From an uncultured Verrucomicrobiae bacterium (GTDB lineage: Bacteria; Verrucomicrobiota; Verrucomicrobiia; Chthoniobacterales; JAFAMB01), in assembly GCA_963762565.1 (NCBI GenBank), contig CAVXLD010000012.1:320001-384000 (forward strand): DNA of 64,000 nucleotides. Reading direction: 5' to 3'. Numbering within the stretch: the stretch's first letter is position 1; each line of letters begins with the position of its first letter. The translations under genes were made by a program, and so were the position numbers. Below, one piece after another: positions 49,868 through 60,328 of the stretch. Under the pieces are notes generated by a model. That model saw nothing but the letters and a program-made list of their open reading frames with translations. It was not told where the DNA came from and searched no databases.

Positions 49868-50355
49868 GGTATGAATAGCTCTGGTTGTTGAGCGTTACGT
49901 TTTGGTCTTTTGCCGAGGGATTCGATCTCGTTAATAAATTCGCCGATGTCTTGAAATTGACGATAGACCGAGGCGTAACGGATGTAGGCGACTTCGTCTA
50001 ACGAATGCAGCCGTTCCATTACGCGGACTCCGATCTCTTTGCTTGGAACCTCGTGGTCGAAAGTTTGCTCTAACTCGTGAATCACTTCCTCCGCGGCTCG
50101 TTCCAGAGCATCGTAGGCGACTGGTCGCTTTTCGCAGGCTTTGACCATTCCACCCAGTAACTTTTGCCGATCAAATGGTTCGTGACGACCATCTCTCTTC
50201 ACAACTCGCAAGTCTCTTCTCTCAATTTCTTCGTAGGTAGTGAACCGATGTTGGCAGGCCAAACACTCGCGACGCCGGCGAATTGCAGCTCCGGACTTAG
50301 CGGAGCGAGAATCGATTACTTTGTCTTCCAGATTGCCGCACTTCGGACAGCGCAT
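49864..50355 (-). CDS. nrdR: Transcriptional repressor NrdR
   Basis: MRCPKC...DSR...IRRRREC..C..RFTTYE, ATP-cone, VAYIRYASVY. Confidence 0.97.
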   Translation of the reverse strand: MRCPKCGNLEDKVIDSRSAKSGAAIRRRRECLACQHRFTTYEEIERRDLRVVKRDGRHEPFDRQKLLGGMVKACEKRPVAYDALERAAEEVIHELEQTFDHEVPSKEIGVRVMERLHSLDEVAYIRYASVYRQFQDIGEFINEIESLGKRPKRNAQQPELFIP

Positions 50356-50374
50356 AAAAACCAGTCACGTATGA

Positions 50375-50390
50375 CCACAACATATAGTGG
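50375..50390. promoter_or_regulatory. Putative NrdR box
   Basis: CCACAACATATAGTGG resembles acaCwAtATaTwGtg; 20 nt upstream of nrdR. Confidence 0.6.
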
Positions 50391-50511
50391 GTGGGGAATC
50401 AAAAAAATACAACTAAAGTTTCTCTTGACCGCGCTGGCGGTCGGAGACCATGGAGCGCTGCCTCGCTTGTCCGGGCTCGCTGAGGCTCGCCCGGTCACGG
50501 CTCGCCACTGC

Positions 50512-50546
50512 AAAAAAAAGCGCAGAGCGGCTAACCGCCCTGCGCT
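50512..50546 (-). terminator. Intrinsic terminator
   Basis: A-run + GCGCAGAGCGG-ctaa-CCGCCCTGCGC. Confidence 0.75.
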
Positions 50547-50580
50547 GGATGCATAGCAAGACTTTCTAGACTAAGTCGAA

Positions 50581-53448
50581 TTAGCTATTCGAATCTTGGC
50601 TGGTCTTAACGGCGCTAGCCTTCTTCAGGATCAAAGCGCGGTTTTGTCGCAGATCTGCTCCCGTGCGAACGGTCGGGTAGGGGACGTTACTGCCGTGTAG
50701 TCCTTCCCAAATGATGCGATTGAATTTATTCACATCTTTGATGGCGTCCTCCCGAACGAAATTGAACCCTTTGGTTACACGAGCCCAATAAGCCCCGTCG
50801 TGGGTCGCTTTCGGTATCGGACCGGCATTGGCCTGCCGAGGCGGCAACGGAAGTTGCGTGTTGTACAGGTAGCTAGATGGAGTGGCGTTGAACGTCCAGG
50901 ATGCCTGTTTCGTATCGAAAACATCGGTCATCGGAGTCGCGGATGCCGTGAGAGCATCGATATGATCCGCTCCAAGGATATCTTCGATCGTCGCGATCAG
51001 GTTCACCGTGGTGTAAGGAGTCGAAACCACTGCTCCTTGTTTCACGTACGGACCAGCGATATAGATGGTCGAACGATGGGAGTCGACGTGATCTGCACCG
51101 TTTTGTGAATCGTCTTCAATGGCCACAATCAACGTGTCCGAAGCATATGGGCTATTAGCGACGGCCTGGATCAGCAATCCGGTGGCATAGTCGTTATCAG
51201 CCTGTTGATACTCGGGTGTATTCACTCCTTGGATGGCAGTGCCGAAAGAGCCCATGTGATCGTGCATGAAACGCACCATGGACAGCGCCGGCAGGTTATT
51301 GTTTTTCACATAACCCTTGAATTCGCGGTTCCATTCCCACTCGCGGTACCAGTCAGGGAAATTGTTGTCGAAACTACGGAAATACGGATCCGTGACTGAA
51401 TCCGACATCAATTCCAGTCTCGACGGGAATGCCACACGCTCTTTGGTCTGAACTGGATAGAGTGTCAGCGGCGTCGGTACTGCGTAATACTCGCTCTCGT
51501 CGCAATCATAGCCGTAGTTTCGAACGACTAAACCGGCGCGCATCACGGAGTCCCAGATATATCCGGTCTGGAAATCGCCTGCGTCCGGGCCGTCCACGGC
51601 GCCGACATCGAGCGTACCAGGTAGAATGTTAGGATCCGTTGGGCCAATGGGCTCCCAAGTTAGCCGCTCTGCATTCGTCGCGAATCCCATGTTGATATCG
51701 CGGTTCTGACCTTCTGAGTCGTAGGGTTCACCTTGGACACTGTAGTCACCAGGAATCGATTTTGTGGTGAGATCGTTCTCCCGGCCAGCAAAGCTCCACA
51801 CCAATCCGTCGCCGCTCACATCGCCCGGGACATAGTAATTGTCCAAGTCAACGAATTGCTGCGCGATGGCATGATAGTTCGGGGTGATGGCTTGACCGAA
51901 ATCTGTCAAGCTGGGGTCACCATTACCAATCGGCAAGTCGCCCAGGATTTGATCGTAGGTCCGATTCTCTTTAACCAAGTAGATCACATGTTTGATGTGC
52001 TTGTGCAGGAAGTTGATGATGGCCTGCTGTTCCGAGGTCAGCTGAGAACCGTAGTGATCATTCGTAGCGACTTGATTCGTCAGCCTCTTCAATGCAGATG
52101 CTGAGGGAATTGCGAAGCTTTGCAGGTAACCTTTCTGTAACTGCTCTACGTATTGGTTTGGCTGGCCGTTGTAGTAGGTCTCGCCCGGGTTTGGACCGGT
52201 GACGCCTTTTCCATTAGCAACGTAAGCGTAGGTACCGTCGTTGCTCAGGCTGATGGCGTTAGGATAATAGCCGGTCGGAATCAGACCAATTACCGTCGGA
52301 TGAGCCGGGATACCCGTTACAACTGAGACCGCGTTGGCGCCGCCCAACGTGACGTAGAGCGTGCTGCCATCCGGAGAAAACGCCAAGCTGTTTGGCGCGC
52401 TGCCCTTGTAGTGACGAGCGGCTGCGAAAGCCGGCTCATCTGGGGCGCTTACAATCGCGCTCTGAAAGAGCGTGTTGGTGCTCGTGTTAATGATTTCGAC
52501 CAGGTCACTGTTGTCCTCGGCCACGTACAAATAGCTCTGCGTGCTGTCCAACAGAGATTTCAACGGAGTACCAGCCGTCGTGATGCGGGTCACTAAGGTT
52601 GGCGACGCTGGAGTCGAAAAATTCACCACATCGATTTCCCGATCGCGCGCACAGCTGATGTACGCCGTAGAGTTGCCGACAACGCTAACCCAGAACGGAT
52701 ATTCACCGCCCGGAACCCCGCTGTCAGCCGGATTGATGACACCCGGACGCAAATCCAGGGTGCTGATCAGAGAGGTCGCAACTCCGCTGGAGTTGACCGA
52801 CACGAACGACACCGAGTCGTTGCCATAGTCCGTCACTACAATAATGCTGCCATCCTGAGTCGTGGCCAAACCGCCCGCCATCGCTGGATAGTCGCCGGGA
52901 TAAAGTCCATACGCCGTCGTGAACCCGAGCTCAACCGGAGTTCCGACTACGGTCCATTGACCGCTCACCAGCTGATACGAAACGACTGAATCGGCAGAGG
53001 CAGTGCTGATATAAAACGTTTGGCCGTTAGGAGCCCAAGCGAGGCCGACAAAGGCGTTCGCCGTCTGGATGACTTGACTCAGTACCGGGGTCTTGCTGCT
53101 GATGTTGTAAACGAAGATATACTCGTTTGAGTTGGAGGTGTTAGGCCCGGTTTGAATGTCGTTGTAGCCACCTGTCAAAACGAGCAGGGTATTTCCGTCC
53201 GGGCTCACCGCCGTGGTGTACGCGCCGTCGGCGACGAAATTCGGTACCTTGGGTAAGCCCGGGTTAAGAGCCTGGTAGGTTGAGTTTGGTGCAGCTGTCG
53301 GTGTTATTGAGAGGCCGTTAGGTAGAAACGTAGACTTTGGAGAACCCAACGCATTTTGGGGCGCCGTCATCACTAAGGATGACAGCGTCATTGTGCCAAC
53401 GAGTGCGGCACGACAGAGTGCTGTCCTGAGGTTCATTTTATCGCCCAT
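50581..53448 (-). CDS. Secreted YncE/YVTN beta-propeller plus phosphoesterase (alkaline-phosphatase-like) protein
   Basis: Signal peptide, propeller repeats (SPDG, YVANGKG), IKHVIYLVKENRTYDQ, HDH, EDDSQNGADHVDSHRS. Confidence 0.88.
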   Translation of the reverse strand: MGDKMNLRTALCRAALVGTMTLSSLVMTAPQNALGSPKSTFLPNGLSITPTAAPNSTYQALNPGLPKVPNFVADGAYTTAVSPDGNTLLVLTGGYNDIQTGPNTSNSNEYIFVYNISSKTPVLSQVIQTANAFVGLAWAPNGQTFYISTASADSVVSYQLVSGQWTVVGTPVELGFTTAYGLYPGDYPAMAGGLATTQDGSIIVVTDYGNDSVSFVSVNSSGVATSLISTLDLRPGVINPADSGVPGGEYPFWVSVVGNSTAYISCARDREIDVVNFSTPASPTLVTRITTAGTPLKSLLDSTQSYLYVAEDNSDLVEIINTSTNTLFQSAIVSAPDEPAFAAARHYKGSAPNSLAFSPDGSTLYVTLGGANAVSVVTGIPAHPTVIGLIPTGYYPNAISLSNDGTYAYVANGKGVTGPNPGETYYNGQPNQYVEQLQKGYLQSFAIPSASALKRLTNQVATNDHYGSQLTSEQQAIINFLHKHIKHVIYLVKENRTYDQILGDLPIGNGDPSLTDFGQAITPNYHAIAQQFVDLDNYYVPGDVSGDGLVWSFAGRENDLTTKSIPGDYSVQGEPYDSEGQNRDINMGFATNAERLTWEPIGPTDPNILPGTLDVGAVDGPDAGDFQTGYIWDSVMRAGLVVRNYGYDCDESEYYAVPTPLTLYPVQTKERVAFPSRLELMSDSVTDPYFRSFDNNFPDWYREWEWNREFKGYVKNNNLPALSMVRFMHDHMGSFGTAIQGVNTPEYQQADNDYATGLLIQAVANSPYASDTLIVAIEDDSQNGADHVDSHRSTIYIAGPYVKQGAVVSTPYTTVNLIATIEDILGADHIDALTASATPMTDVFDTKQASWTFNATPSSYLYNTQLPLPPRQANAGPIPKATHDGAYWARVTKGFNFVREDAIKDVNKFNRIIWEGLHGSNVPYPTVRTGADLRQNRALILKKASAVKTSQDSNS

Positions 53449-53559
53449 ATTGGTTTACGATTAGGAGGATGCAGACGGCGCTGCCCGAACAGAGCAATGG
53501 CTGTGACGAGCCATGCGCCAGCTGCGTAATCAACTAAGCCGAGGCGGCTGAAAGCTTCT

Positions 53560-53626
53560 TTGACGCTTATGTTACTTTTCGGTCACAAAGCTTTCCATGC
53601 AGGTTCGAAGATGACGCGAATGTCAT
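53560..53626. promoter_or_regulatory. Putative CusR/CopR-type boxes
   Basis: ATGACGCGAATGTCAT (53611-26) and degenerate TTGACGCTTATGTTAC (53560-75). Confidence 0.5.
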
Positions 53627-53755
53627 TTTAAAGGGGCGAACGTCCAAGCGATGAGGAATGAACACGATCTGGGAGGGCGCGCGTCCTCGCGCGTTAGTCC
53701 GATTTTACAATTTTGACCGCTTCTGCTATCTCCTTTGCATCAACGCATGGACGGT

Positions 53756-54427
53756 ATGCAGGTACTCGTGGTCGAAGACGAAGCGAAAGCCGCGACCTTC
53801 CTTTCCAACGGCTTGTCCGAGAATGGCTGGTCCGTGGACATCGCGAATGATGGCAAAATTGCTTGGGGTTTCCTGCGAGAGAAGCAGTACGATATTGTCC
53901 TGCTGGACGTCTTGCTTCCCGGGCTAGATGGCTGGAGCATTATTCGTCAGATGCGGGCCAACGGGATAGCGACGCCGGTCATTTTTCTGACCGCCCGAGA
54001 TAGTTTGGGAGAGCGGATCCGCGGTTTGGATCTGGGCGCCGATGACTACCTGGTGAAGCCATTCGCGTTTTCAGAGTTAATGGCGCGGATTAGAACTGTG
54101 CTTCGACGTGGCCGGGATACTAGTCCGACTAGTCTGCGGGTTTCAGATCTGGAACTGGACTTGATCCGACACAAGGTTGTTCGCCGTAATCAACCCATTG
54201 AGCTCACCCAAAAAGAGTTTGCGCTATTACTTTTGCTGGCTCGGACACCGAATGAAGTGGTCGGTCGCAAGGTAATCGCCAAAGAAATTTGGCACATGGA
54301 TTCGGCGAGCGATTCCAATGTAGTGGATGTCGCTGTTCGACGGTTGCGCCGGAAGGTTGATTATCCATTCGACAAGCCTTTGATTCACTCCGTCTACGGC
54401 GTTGGTTATGTACTCGGAGAACGTTGA
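53756..54427 (+). CDS. OmpR-family response regulator, heavy-metal (CusR-like) type
   Basis: LVVEDE, FLTARD, GADDYLVKPFAFSEL, NVVDVAVRRLRRKVD; start approximate. Confidence 0.9.
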   Translation: MQVLVVEDEAKAATFLSNGLSENGWSVDIANDGKIAWGFLREKQYDIVLLDVLLPGLDGWSIIRQMRANGIATPVIFLTARDSLGERIRGLDLGADDYLVKPFAFSELMARIRTVLRRGRDTSPTSLRVSDLELDLIRHKVVRRNQPIELTQKEFALLLLLARTPNEVVGRKVIAKEIWHMDSASDSNVVDVAVRRLRRKVDYPFDKPLIHSVYGVGYVLGER

Positions 54428-54436
54428 GGTCGCGAG

Positions 54437-55903
54437 ATGAGGCCGAGACGTTCCTGGTCGATGGTGTTTCGTCTTTCTGCGTCGTATGCGGTTATTACCA
54501 TCGCCCTGCTATCCCTGTTCGGTGCGTTTCTCTACTTTTCTCTAAAAGAGAGTCTCCAGGTATCAGCTCGAAATACGCTCGCGGATAAGATTTCAGTGAT
54601 GCGGCAAATTCTGCGCGAGCGGCCCAACGATCAAGAGGCTTTGGAAGAGGAGGTCCAATGGGAGAGCACCGCGCGACAAAGTAGCGTGTATTATAGCCGG
54701 TTGCTGCGGGAGGATGGTACGCTGGTGATTCAATCGTCTGGAGCAGCAGGCCTCATTCCTAAGCTCTCGCTCTGCCCTACGCCGGCCCCGGAGAATCGGC
54801 CATTTGGGGAGACCCGCGAATTTCGCCCGGCGCCAGAGAGAACGTTGCTAGTGAGTAGCGCTTGGGCAACCAGCGCCGGCGCCGGAGACGCAGCCGAAGG
54901 AAAGCCGCAACGTTTCATTTATACCGTGACGCTCGATACGAGCACTGAGCAAGGCGTTCTCCACGACTACCGGAACAAATTGCTCTTGGTCCTGATCGGA
55001 GGTTCGGTCATATCGGCTTTCATAGGAACATTTGTTGCCCGGCGAGGGATCCGGCCAATCGAAGAAATTTCGGCGGCAGCTCATCGGATCACCGCAAATG
55101 CTTTAGCCGAAAGAGTTGGTTCTATGGCTTGGCCGCGCGAGCTCGCCGGCTTGGCAACTGAGTTCGATGCCATGCTCCAGCGCCTGGAAGATTCGTTTCG
55201 ACGTTTGTCTCAATTCTCTGCGGATATTGCCCATGAACTTCGGACCCCGATCAACAACTTAATGGGAGAGGCCGAAGTAGCCCTAAGTCGAGAACGGACC
55301 TCGGGAGAGTACGCTAAGGTTATCGCTTCAAGTCTCGAGGAGTATCATCGTTTAGCGGAGCTAATTGACAGTCTGCTGTTTCTTGCGCGAGCTGAAAACG
55401 CCGATTTGTCACTGCAGAAGTCTTGGTTCCAGATAGCGGATGAGCTAGCCAACCTGCTCTCGTATCACGAGTTGGAGGCGGCAGAATTAGGGGTTGCTCT
55501 TGGTTTTTCCGGGGACGCAATGCTTTTTGCGGACAGCACCCTTTTCCGGCGTGCGATCAGTAACGTTGTCGCGAATGCCCTAAGACACACGGCGAGCGGC
55601 GGGAACGTCAGCGTTGAAGTCCACCCTGAGCGTGATGCCGTCAAAATTCTGATCCGAGACAATGGGACCGGTATTCCGGCCGAACATCTTCCGCGACTTT
55701 TCGATCGTTTCTACCGAGTTGATGCTTCCCGGAACACGGCGATGGCTGGGACAGGTCTCGGCCTGGCCATTGTGAAAACCATCATGGATCTACACGGCGG
55801 TTCGGTGACGATCCAAAGCGAATTAGGAAAAGGGACCCTGGTGACGCTAGTGTTTCCGGTCAATGTGGCACAGGTCCACTCGGTGGCGGCTGTTGTGCGT
55901 TGA
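54437..55903 (+). CDS. Heavy-metal-type sensor histidine kinase (CusS-like)
   Basis: Two TM segments, HAMP, QFSADIAHELRTP, FDRFYR, GTGLGLAIV. Confidence 0.9.
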   Translation: MRPRRSWSMVFRLSASYAVITIALLSLFGAFLYFSLKESLQVSARNTLADKISVMRQILRERPNDQEALEEEVQWESTARQSSVYYSRLLREDGTLVIQSSGAAGLIPKLSLCPTPAPENRPFGETREFRPAPERTLLVSSAWATSAGAGDAAEGKPQRFIYTVTLDTSTEQGVLHDYRNKLLLVLIGGSVISAFIGTFVARRGIRPIEEISAAAHRITANALAERVGSMAWPRELAGLATEFDAMLQRLEDSFRRLSQFSADIAHELRTPINNLMGEAEVALSRERTSGEYAKVIASSLEEYHRLAELIDSLLFLARAENADLSLQKSWFQIADELANLLSYHELEAAELGVALGFSGDAMLFADSTLFRRAISNVVANALRHTASGGNVSVEVHPERDAVKILIRDNGTGIPAEHLPRLFDRFYRVDASRNTAMAGTGLGLAIVKTIMDLHGGSVTIQSELGKGTLVTLVFPVNVAQVHSVAAVVR

Positions 55904-55932
55904 GTTCGGGAGCCTCGCCCCACCAAAGGCTC

Positions 55933-57423
55933 CTACGCTGCGTGTTCTTTCGCGCGATTTTCGAAGCGCGTGTATTCCTTTCGGAACGTTAGCAGAATCT
56001 CGCCGGTCGGACCGTTACGTTGTTTCGCAATGATGAGTTCGGCTTCTCCTGCGCTACGCTCTTTTTCCTCCTCATCGGTGGCATAATATTCAGGGCGTAC
56101 CAGCAGCCCAACAACGTCGGCATCCTGCTCGATCGATCCCGACTCGCGCAGATCACTTAACCGCGGACGGCCAGGGGAATCCCCTTTTGCGCGCGCATCA
56201 GGCTGGCGGTTTAGCTGAGCAACCACGATTACCGGAATCTCGAGCTCTTTCGCTAATGCCTTGATGCCGCCCGAAATTTCGGAGATTTCCAGCTGGCGAT
56301 TGTCTTGGGCCCGTCGAGTCGTGGATCGCAACAGTTGAAGATAATCGATCACCAATAGCTCGATTTTATTATTTGCCTTCAACCGGCGCGCCTTTGCCCG
56401 AAGCTCGGAGATAGAAAGCCCGGGAGTATCGTCAATATACAGATTTGCGCCCGCCAGGTGCGATGCGGCCGTCGTCAAACTCGGGAAATCCCGCTCCGAA
56501 AGGAAACCGTTTCTGACCTTCTGGAGATCGACTTTGGCTCGAGAACACAATAGGCGCTGAACAAGTTGTTGGCTGCTCATCTCCAAGCTAAAAACACCGA
56601 CAGGCCTTCCCACATCCAAAGAGACATGTTCCGCGACGTTCATGGCGAACGCGGTTTTGCCCATGCTCGGTCGCGCTGCGATTACGATCATCTCGGCGGG
56701 ATGCATTCCGCTTGTCATCCGATCAAGTTCGACGAACCCAGTCGGCAAGCCGGTTACAGCGCCGCGATTCTCATAAAGATGCTCAATTTGTTCGATCGCC
56801 TTAATCACCAATTCCTTGGTGGGAACGACGTCAACTCTGATATAGTCACCTCGGATTTGCAGAATTTCGCGTTCGGCGTCGTCCATTAGCGGCTCGACAT
56901 TTTCTTGTTCGTCATATGACCGGCCGCTAAGCGAGTCACAGGTCAGGATCAATCGTCTGAGTAGATACTTCTCCCGAACAATATCGATATAGTAAGCTGC
57001 GTTTGCCGCCGTCGGTACAAAGCCATAGAGCTCGTTCAAGAACTCGACTGCTCCGATTTCTTCCAGCTGGCCCCGATCCTGCAACGTCTGTTTCAGGGTG
57101 ATAAAGTCGATGGGTTTGCTCTTATCGGCGAACTCGATCACCAACTCGTAGATGATTTGATGGGCTGGAACGTAGAATGCCGGCGGCTGTAAACGGAGGA
57201 CGCAAAGATCGCTGACGTCCCGCGGGGACAACAACATGGAGCACAGGACACCTTTCTCGGCGTCAGTGCTGAATGGGAGGGACCTCGGGGCGTTTTTGCT
57301 TGGGGATGGGTTGTGAAGAGATTGTGAATAACTCTTCCCGCTGTCCCTGCGCGCAGCGCCCTGTTCACTCCCGGGCTTCTCAAGAGGTTTCGCTAAGCCT
57401 TGAGAACCTTTCGACATTCTCAA
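55933..57423 (-). CDS. dnaB: Replicative DNA helicase
   Basis: AARPSMGKT, FSLEM, IDYLQL, QLNR, DLRESGSIEQDAD, KQRNGP. Confidence 0.97.
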   Translation of the reverse strand: MRMSKGSQGLAKPLEKPGSEQGAARRDSGKSYSQSLHNPSPSKNAPRSLPFSTDAEKGVLCSMLLSPRDVSDLCVLRLQPPAFYVPAHQIIYELVIEFADKSKPIDFITLKQTLQDRGQLEEIGAVEFLNELYGFVPTAANAAYYIDIVREKYLLRRLILTCDSLSGRSYDEQENVEPLMDDAEREILQIRGDYIRVDVVPTKELVIKAIEQIEHLYENRGAVTGLPTGFVELDRMTSGMHPAEMIVIAARPSMGKTAFAMNVAEHVSLDVGRPVGVFSLEMSSQQLVQRLLCSRAKVDLQKVRNGFLSERDFPSLTTAASHLAGANLYIDDTPGLSISELRAKARRLKANNKIELLVIDYLQLLRSTTRRAQDNRQLEISEISGGIKALAKELEIPVIVVAQLNRQPDARAKGDSPGRPRLSDLRESGSIEQDADVVGLLVRPEYYATDEEEKERSAGEAELIIAKQRNGPTGEILLTFRKEYTRFENRAKEHAA

Positions 57424-57956
57424 CTCGCAGCCGTCTTGCTGCGCTTACGGGTCTTTGGCTTGCCGTCCTTTGCTTCCGGTTCTGGTTCCTTCTGGGCAGG
57501 CGTATGGGCCTTAACTTCGAGTTTTAAAGTCGCTGTCACATCTCCGTGCAGATGAATTGGAACCTCGATTTCGCCGGTTTCTTTAATCGGTCGCTCGAGG
57601 CGAATCCGGTGGCGATCAATCTTAATATCGGCTTCCGCAAGCAGTTTATCTTCAATATCTTTTGCCGTAACTGAGCCGAATGCTTTTCCTGTCTCGCCCG
57701 TCTCTAGAATGAAGTCGAGCTTCGCCTTATTGATTTTGCGGGCGAGTTCTTCGGCTTCGTTCAATTCCCGGGCTTCCCGTTCGGCTCGCTTGCCTTTTAG
57801 CAGGTTCAGACGCTTCAAGTTTGCCGGAGTCACTTCATAGGCTTTACCTTGAGGAACAAGGAAGTTTCTGGCGAATCCCCTGCGCACCTTGACCACGTCG
57901 GCCTCGGCGCCAAGACCGGGAATATTTTCTTTGAGAATGACTTCAGTGACTGCCAT
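57420..57956 (-). CDS. rplI: 50S ribosomal protein L9
   Basis: VIL.E....LG...DVVKV..GFARNFL.P, FGSVT. Confidence 0.96.
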   Translation of the reverse strand: MAVTEVILKENIPGLGAEADVVKVRRGFARNFLVPQGKAYEVTPANLKRLNLLKGKRAEREARELNEAEELARKINKAKLDFILETGETGKAFGSVTAKDIEDKLLAEADIKIDRHRIRLERPIKETGEIEVPIHLHGDVTATLKLEVKAHTPAQKEPEPEAKDGKPKTRKRSKTAAS

Positions 57957-58048
57957 GCATAGCTCCGGCTGAAATTGAATGGGAGGAGACAGCTAATGGA
58001 CAAGCCATGGCCTGTCAAGCTGACGTACCAGACAATTTAAATAATTGC

Positions 58049-58082
58049 AAAAAAAAGCCGGCCGGGTAAATCCCAGCCGGCC
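58049..58082 (-). terminator. Intrinsic terminator
   Basis: A-run + GCCGGCCGGG-taaat-CCCAGCCGGC. Confidence 0.75.
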
Positions 58083-58115
58083 TAATAAAACTTCTTAACA
58101 GGAGTAAATCTCTCT

Positions 58116-58976
58116 TTAATTAAACTCGAAGATCTCCTGCGGGATCTCGATCGGCTTCTCCTTCTTGCTGAGCGCCCGGCGCAATTTCGCCAACGCGATG
58201 TTTTGCAACTGCCGAATTCGTTCCCGAGTAACCCCGAATTTCTTACCTACTTCCTCGAGGGTCTTCGGTTTTCCACCGTCGAGACCAAACCGTTGGAAGA
58301 TGATCTTTCGTTCGCGGTCGTCCAAAACTTCCAGGAGCTCACTGACCTCGTCGCGCAGGTTCTTGTCTCGCAAGAGCTCGAACGGAGTTTGCGCGTCCTC
58401 GTCACCGACGATTTCACCGAACTCGGTGGAGTCATCGTCGCTGATGGGCGCATCCAGTGAGGCAGGCCGGATTGAAACGGTCTTCAATTGCGACACCTTG
58501 CCGCTCGAGATACCGATTTCCTCGGCCAGTTCTTCGTCGGTAGGTTCGCGACCTAGTTCCTCGCTCATCTGCAGCGAAACTCGCCGCATTTTGGAAATCT
58601 TGTCGACCAAATGCACCGGCAACCGGATCGTTTTGCTCTGGTTTGCCAACGCTCGCTTGATAGACTGTTTAATCCACCACGCGGCATAGGTACTGAGCTT
58701 ACCTCCCTTTGCGGGATCAAAACGTTCCACGGCCTTCATCAAGCCGATGTTGCCTTCGGAAATCAGGTCCAACAACGGAAGTCCCAAATTCGCGTAATCA
58801 TGGGCGATCTTAACAACCAGTCGCAAATTCGCCTTGATCATCAGAGCTCGCGCTTCTCTGTCTCCTTTTTTGATACGGGCAGCGAGCTCGATTTCTTCTT
58901 GGGGAGTGAGCAACGGAATTTGCCCGATTTCCCTAAGATAAATCTTAATGCCCGTATCTGAATCTTCGCCAGCCAT
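58116..58976 (-). CDS. RpoD/SigA-family sigma70 factor lacking region 1.1
   Basis: YLREIG, ANLRLVV, DLISEGNIGLMKAV, YAAWWIKQ, TLEEVG..FGVTRERIRQ. Confidence 0.93.
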   Translation of the reverse strand: MAGEDSDTGIKIYLREIGQIPLLTPQEEIELAARIKKGDREARALMIKANLRLVVKIAHDYANLGLPLLDLISEGNIGLMKAVERFDPAKGGKLSTYAAWWIKQSIKRALANQSKTIRLPVHLVDKISKMRRVSLQMSEELGREPTDEELAEEIGISSGKVSQLKTVSIRPASLDAPISDDDSTEFGEIVGDEDAQTPFELLRDKNLRDEVSELLEVLDDRERKIIFQRFGLDGGKPKTLEEVGKKFGVTRERIRQLQNIALAKLRRALSKKEKPIEIPQEIFEFN

Positions 58977-59736
58977 ACTTGATTAACTTGTTCAATGGTT
59001 TCGTAGCCAACCCTTTAAAAAACTAAAGAAATATCGCCCCCTAGCTGACGATATTGCTTAACCTCCTTAAGAATAACCTGTCCTTTGACAACGTGGCCTT
59101 GCCGGTTGTTCAACGTTTTTTTTCTTCTTTTCGGCAGTTATAGAAAGGCCAATGCCTCGAACGGACCGTCATCAACGCCTTCACTCGTACAATTACTTCT
59201 CGCAGCGCACTTCTGCTGCTTCGCCTTCAAATCTAATACGCATGAGAGGCCAAAAATGCTTCATGTTTTTTGCAGCCCCCAGAATTTCATTTGATAAAGC
59301 GAACAGCCACTAAAACATAAGAACCACCCTCGGTCAAACCTAAATTCCGAGGCCAAATTACGTCCCTGATCCACGCGCCTTAGACGCAACCAGACTGCTT
59401 TTTCTTCAGGAAATCGTTCAGGGCGCATTAGAATCTGTTGTCGTGGTCTTTTCCCCGAGGGGCTGGCGAGCTCAGTCGGGTCGCTACGATCATTCTGTCC
59501 CCTCCTCCTTCGCCGTCCTGGCTACGGTGGAAAGGCCGGGACTGGGCCGATAGCTGAGGACCCAAAATCCCACACTTGACAACATGCGTCGTATAAGCAA
59601 CATAAGTCGGCAAAAGATGCGCCAATCTACCACCTTTCGGTTGTCTCTCCTCTGCCTCCCGTTTCTAGTCTCACTACTTTCCTTCCTCTTTCCCCAGGAC
59701 AAACCAAAACCCATTGACCTCACTTCAAACAAATCG

Positions 59737-60305
59737 ATGAAAAAGCACTATCTCTCCCTATTAAGTATCCTCGCCTTCGCTGCGACAACGGTTGCCCAGG
59801 CCGATTCCTTCAAGATCGACCCCGTCCACTCGTTTATCCTCTTCAAAATCGGGCATTTTGGGGTCGGCAACGTGTATGGCCGGTTCGATTCCTTCAGTGG
59901 CAAATTTACGCTCGATCAAAATGATCCATCGAAAGATGCGGTCAGTGTTGAGATAAAAACCGATAGCGTCGACACGAACTTTGCCGACCGCGATAAACAC
60001 ATTAAGAGTCCTGATTTCTTCAATGCGGCACAATTTCCCACCGCCACCTTCAAGAGCACGCCGTTAAAAAGGTCGACGATAAAAACTACGAAGTAACCGG
60101 AGACTTTACCCTTCGCGGTGTTACTAAACCTTTGACTCTAAATGTCCAAGCCATCGGTAGCGGCCCAGGTCCGAAAGGTGCGTTTCGTTCCGGCTGGGAA
60201 GGGACCGCCACCCTGAAGAGAAGCGACTTCGAGGTAAAGACTTTCTTGCCGGCCGTGTCGGACGAGGTTGGCCTTATAATCGCGGTCGAAGGGATCAAGC
60301 AGTAA
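59737..60305 (+). CDS. YceI family protein, one frameshift near 60060
   Basis: Signal peptide, IDPVHS, RDKHIKSPDFFNA.QFP; continues in another frame as EVTGDFTLRGVTKP. Confidence 0.85.
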
Positions 60306-60328
60306 GAACTCCTGCCTAAGCCGGCCAT

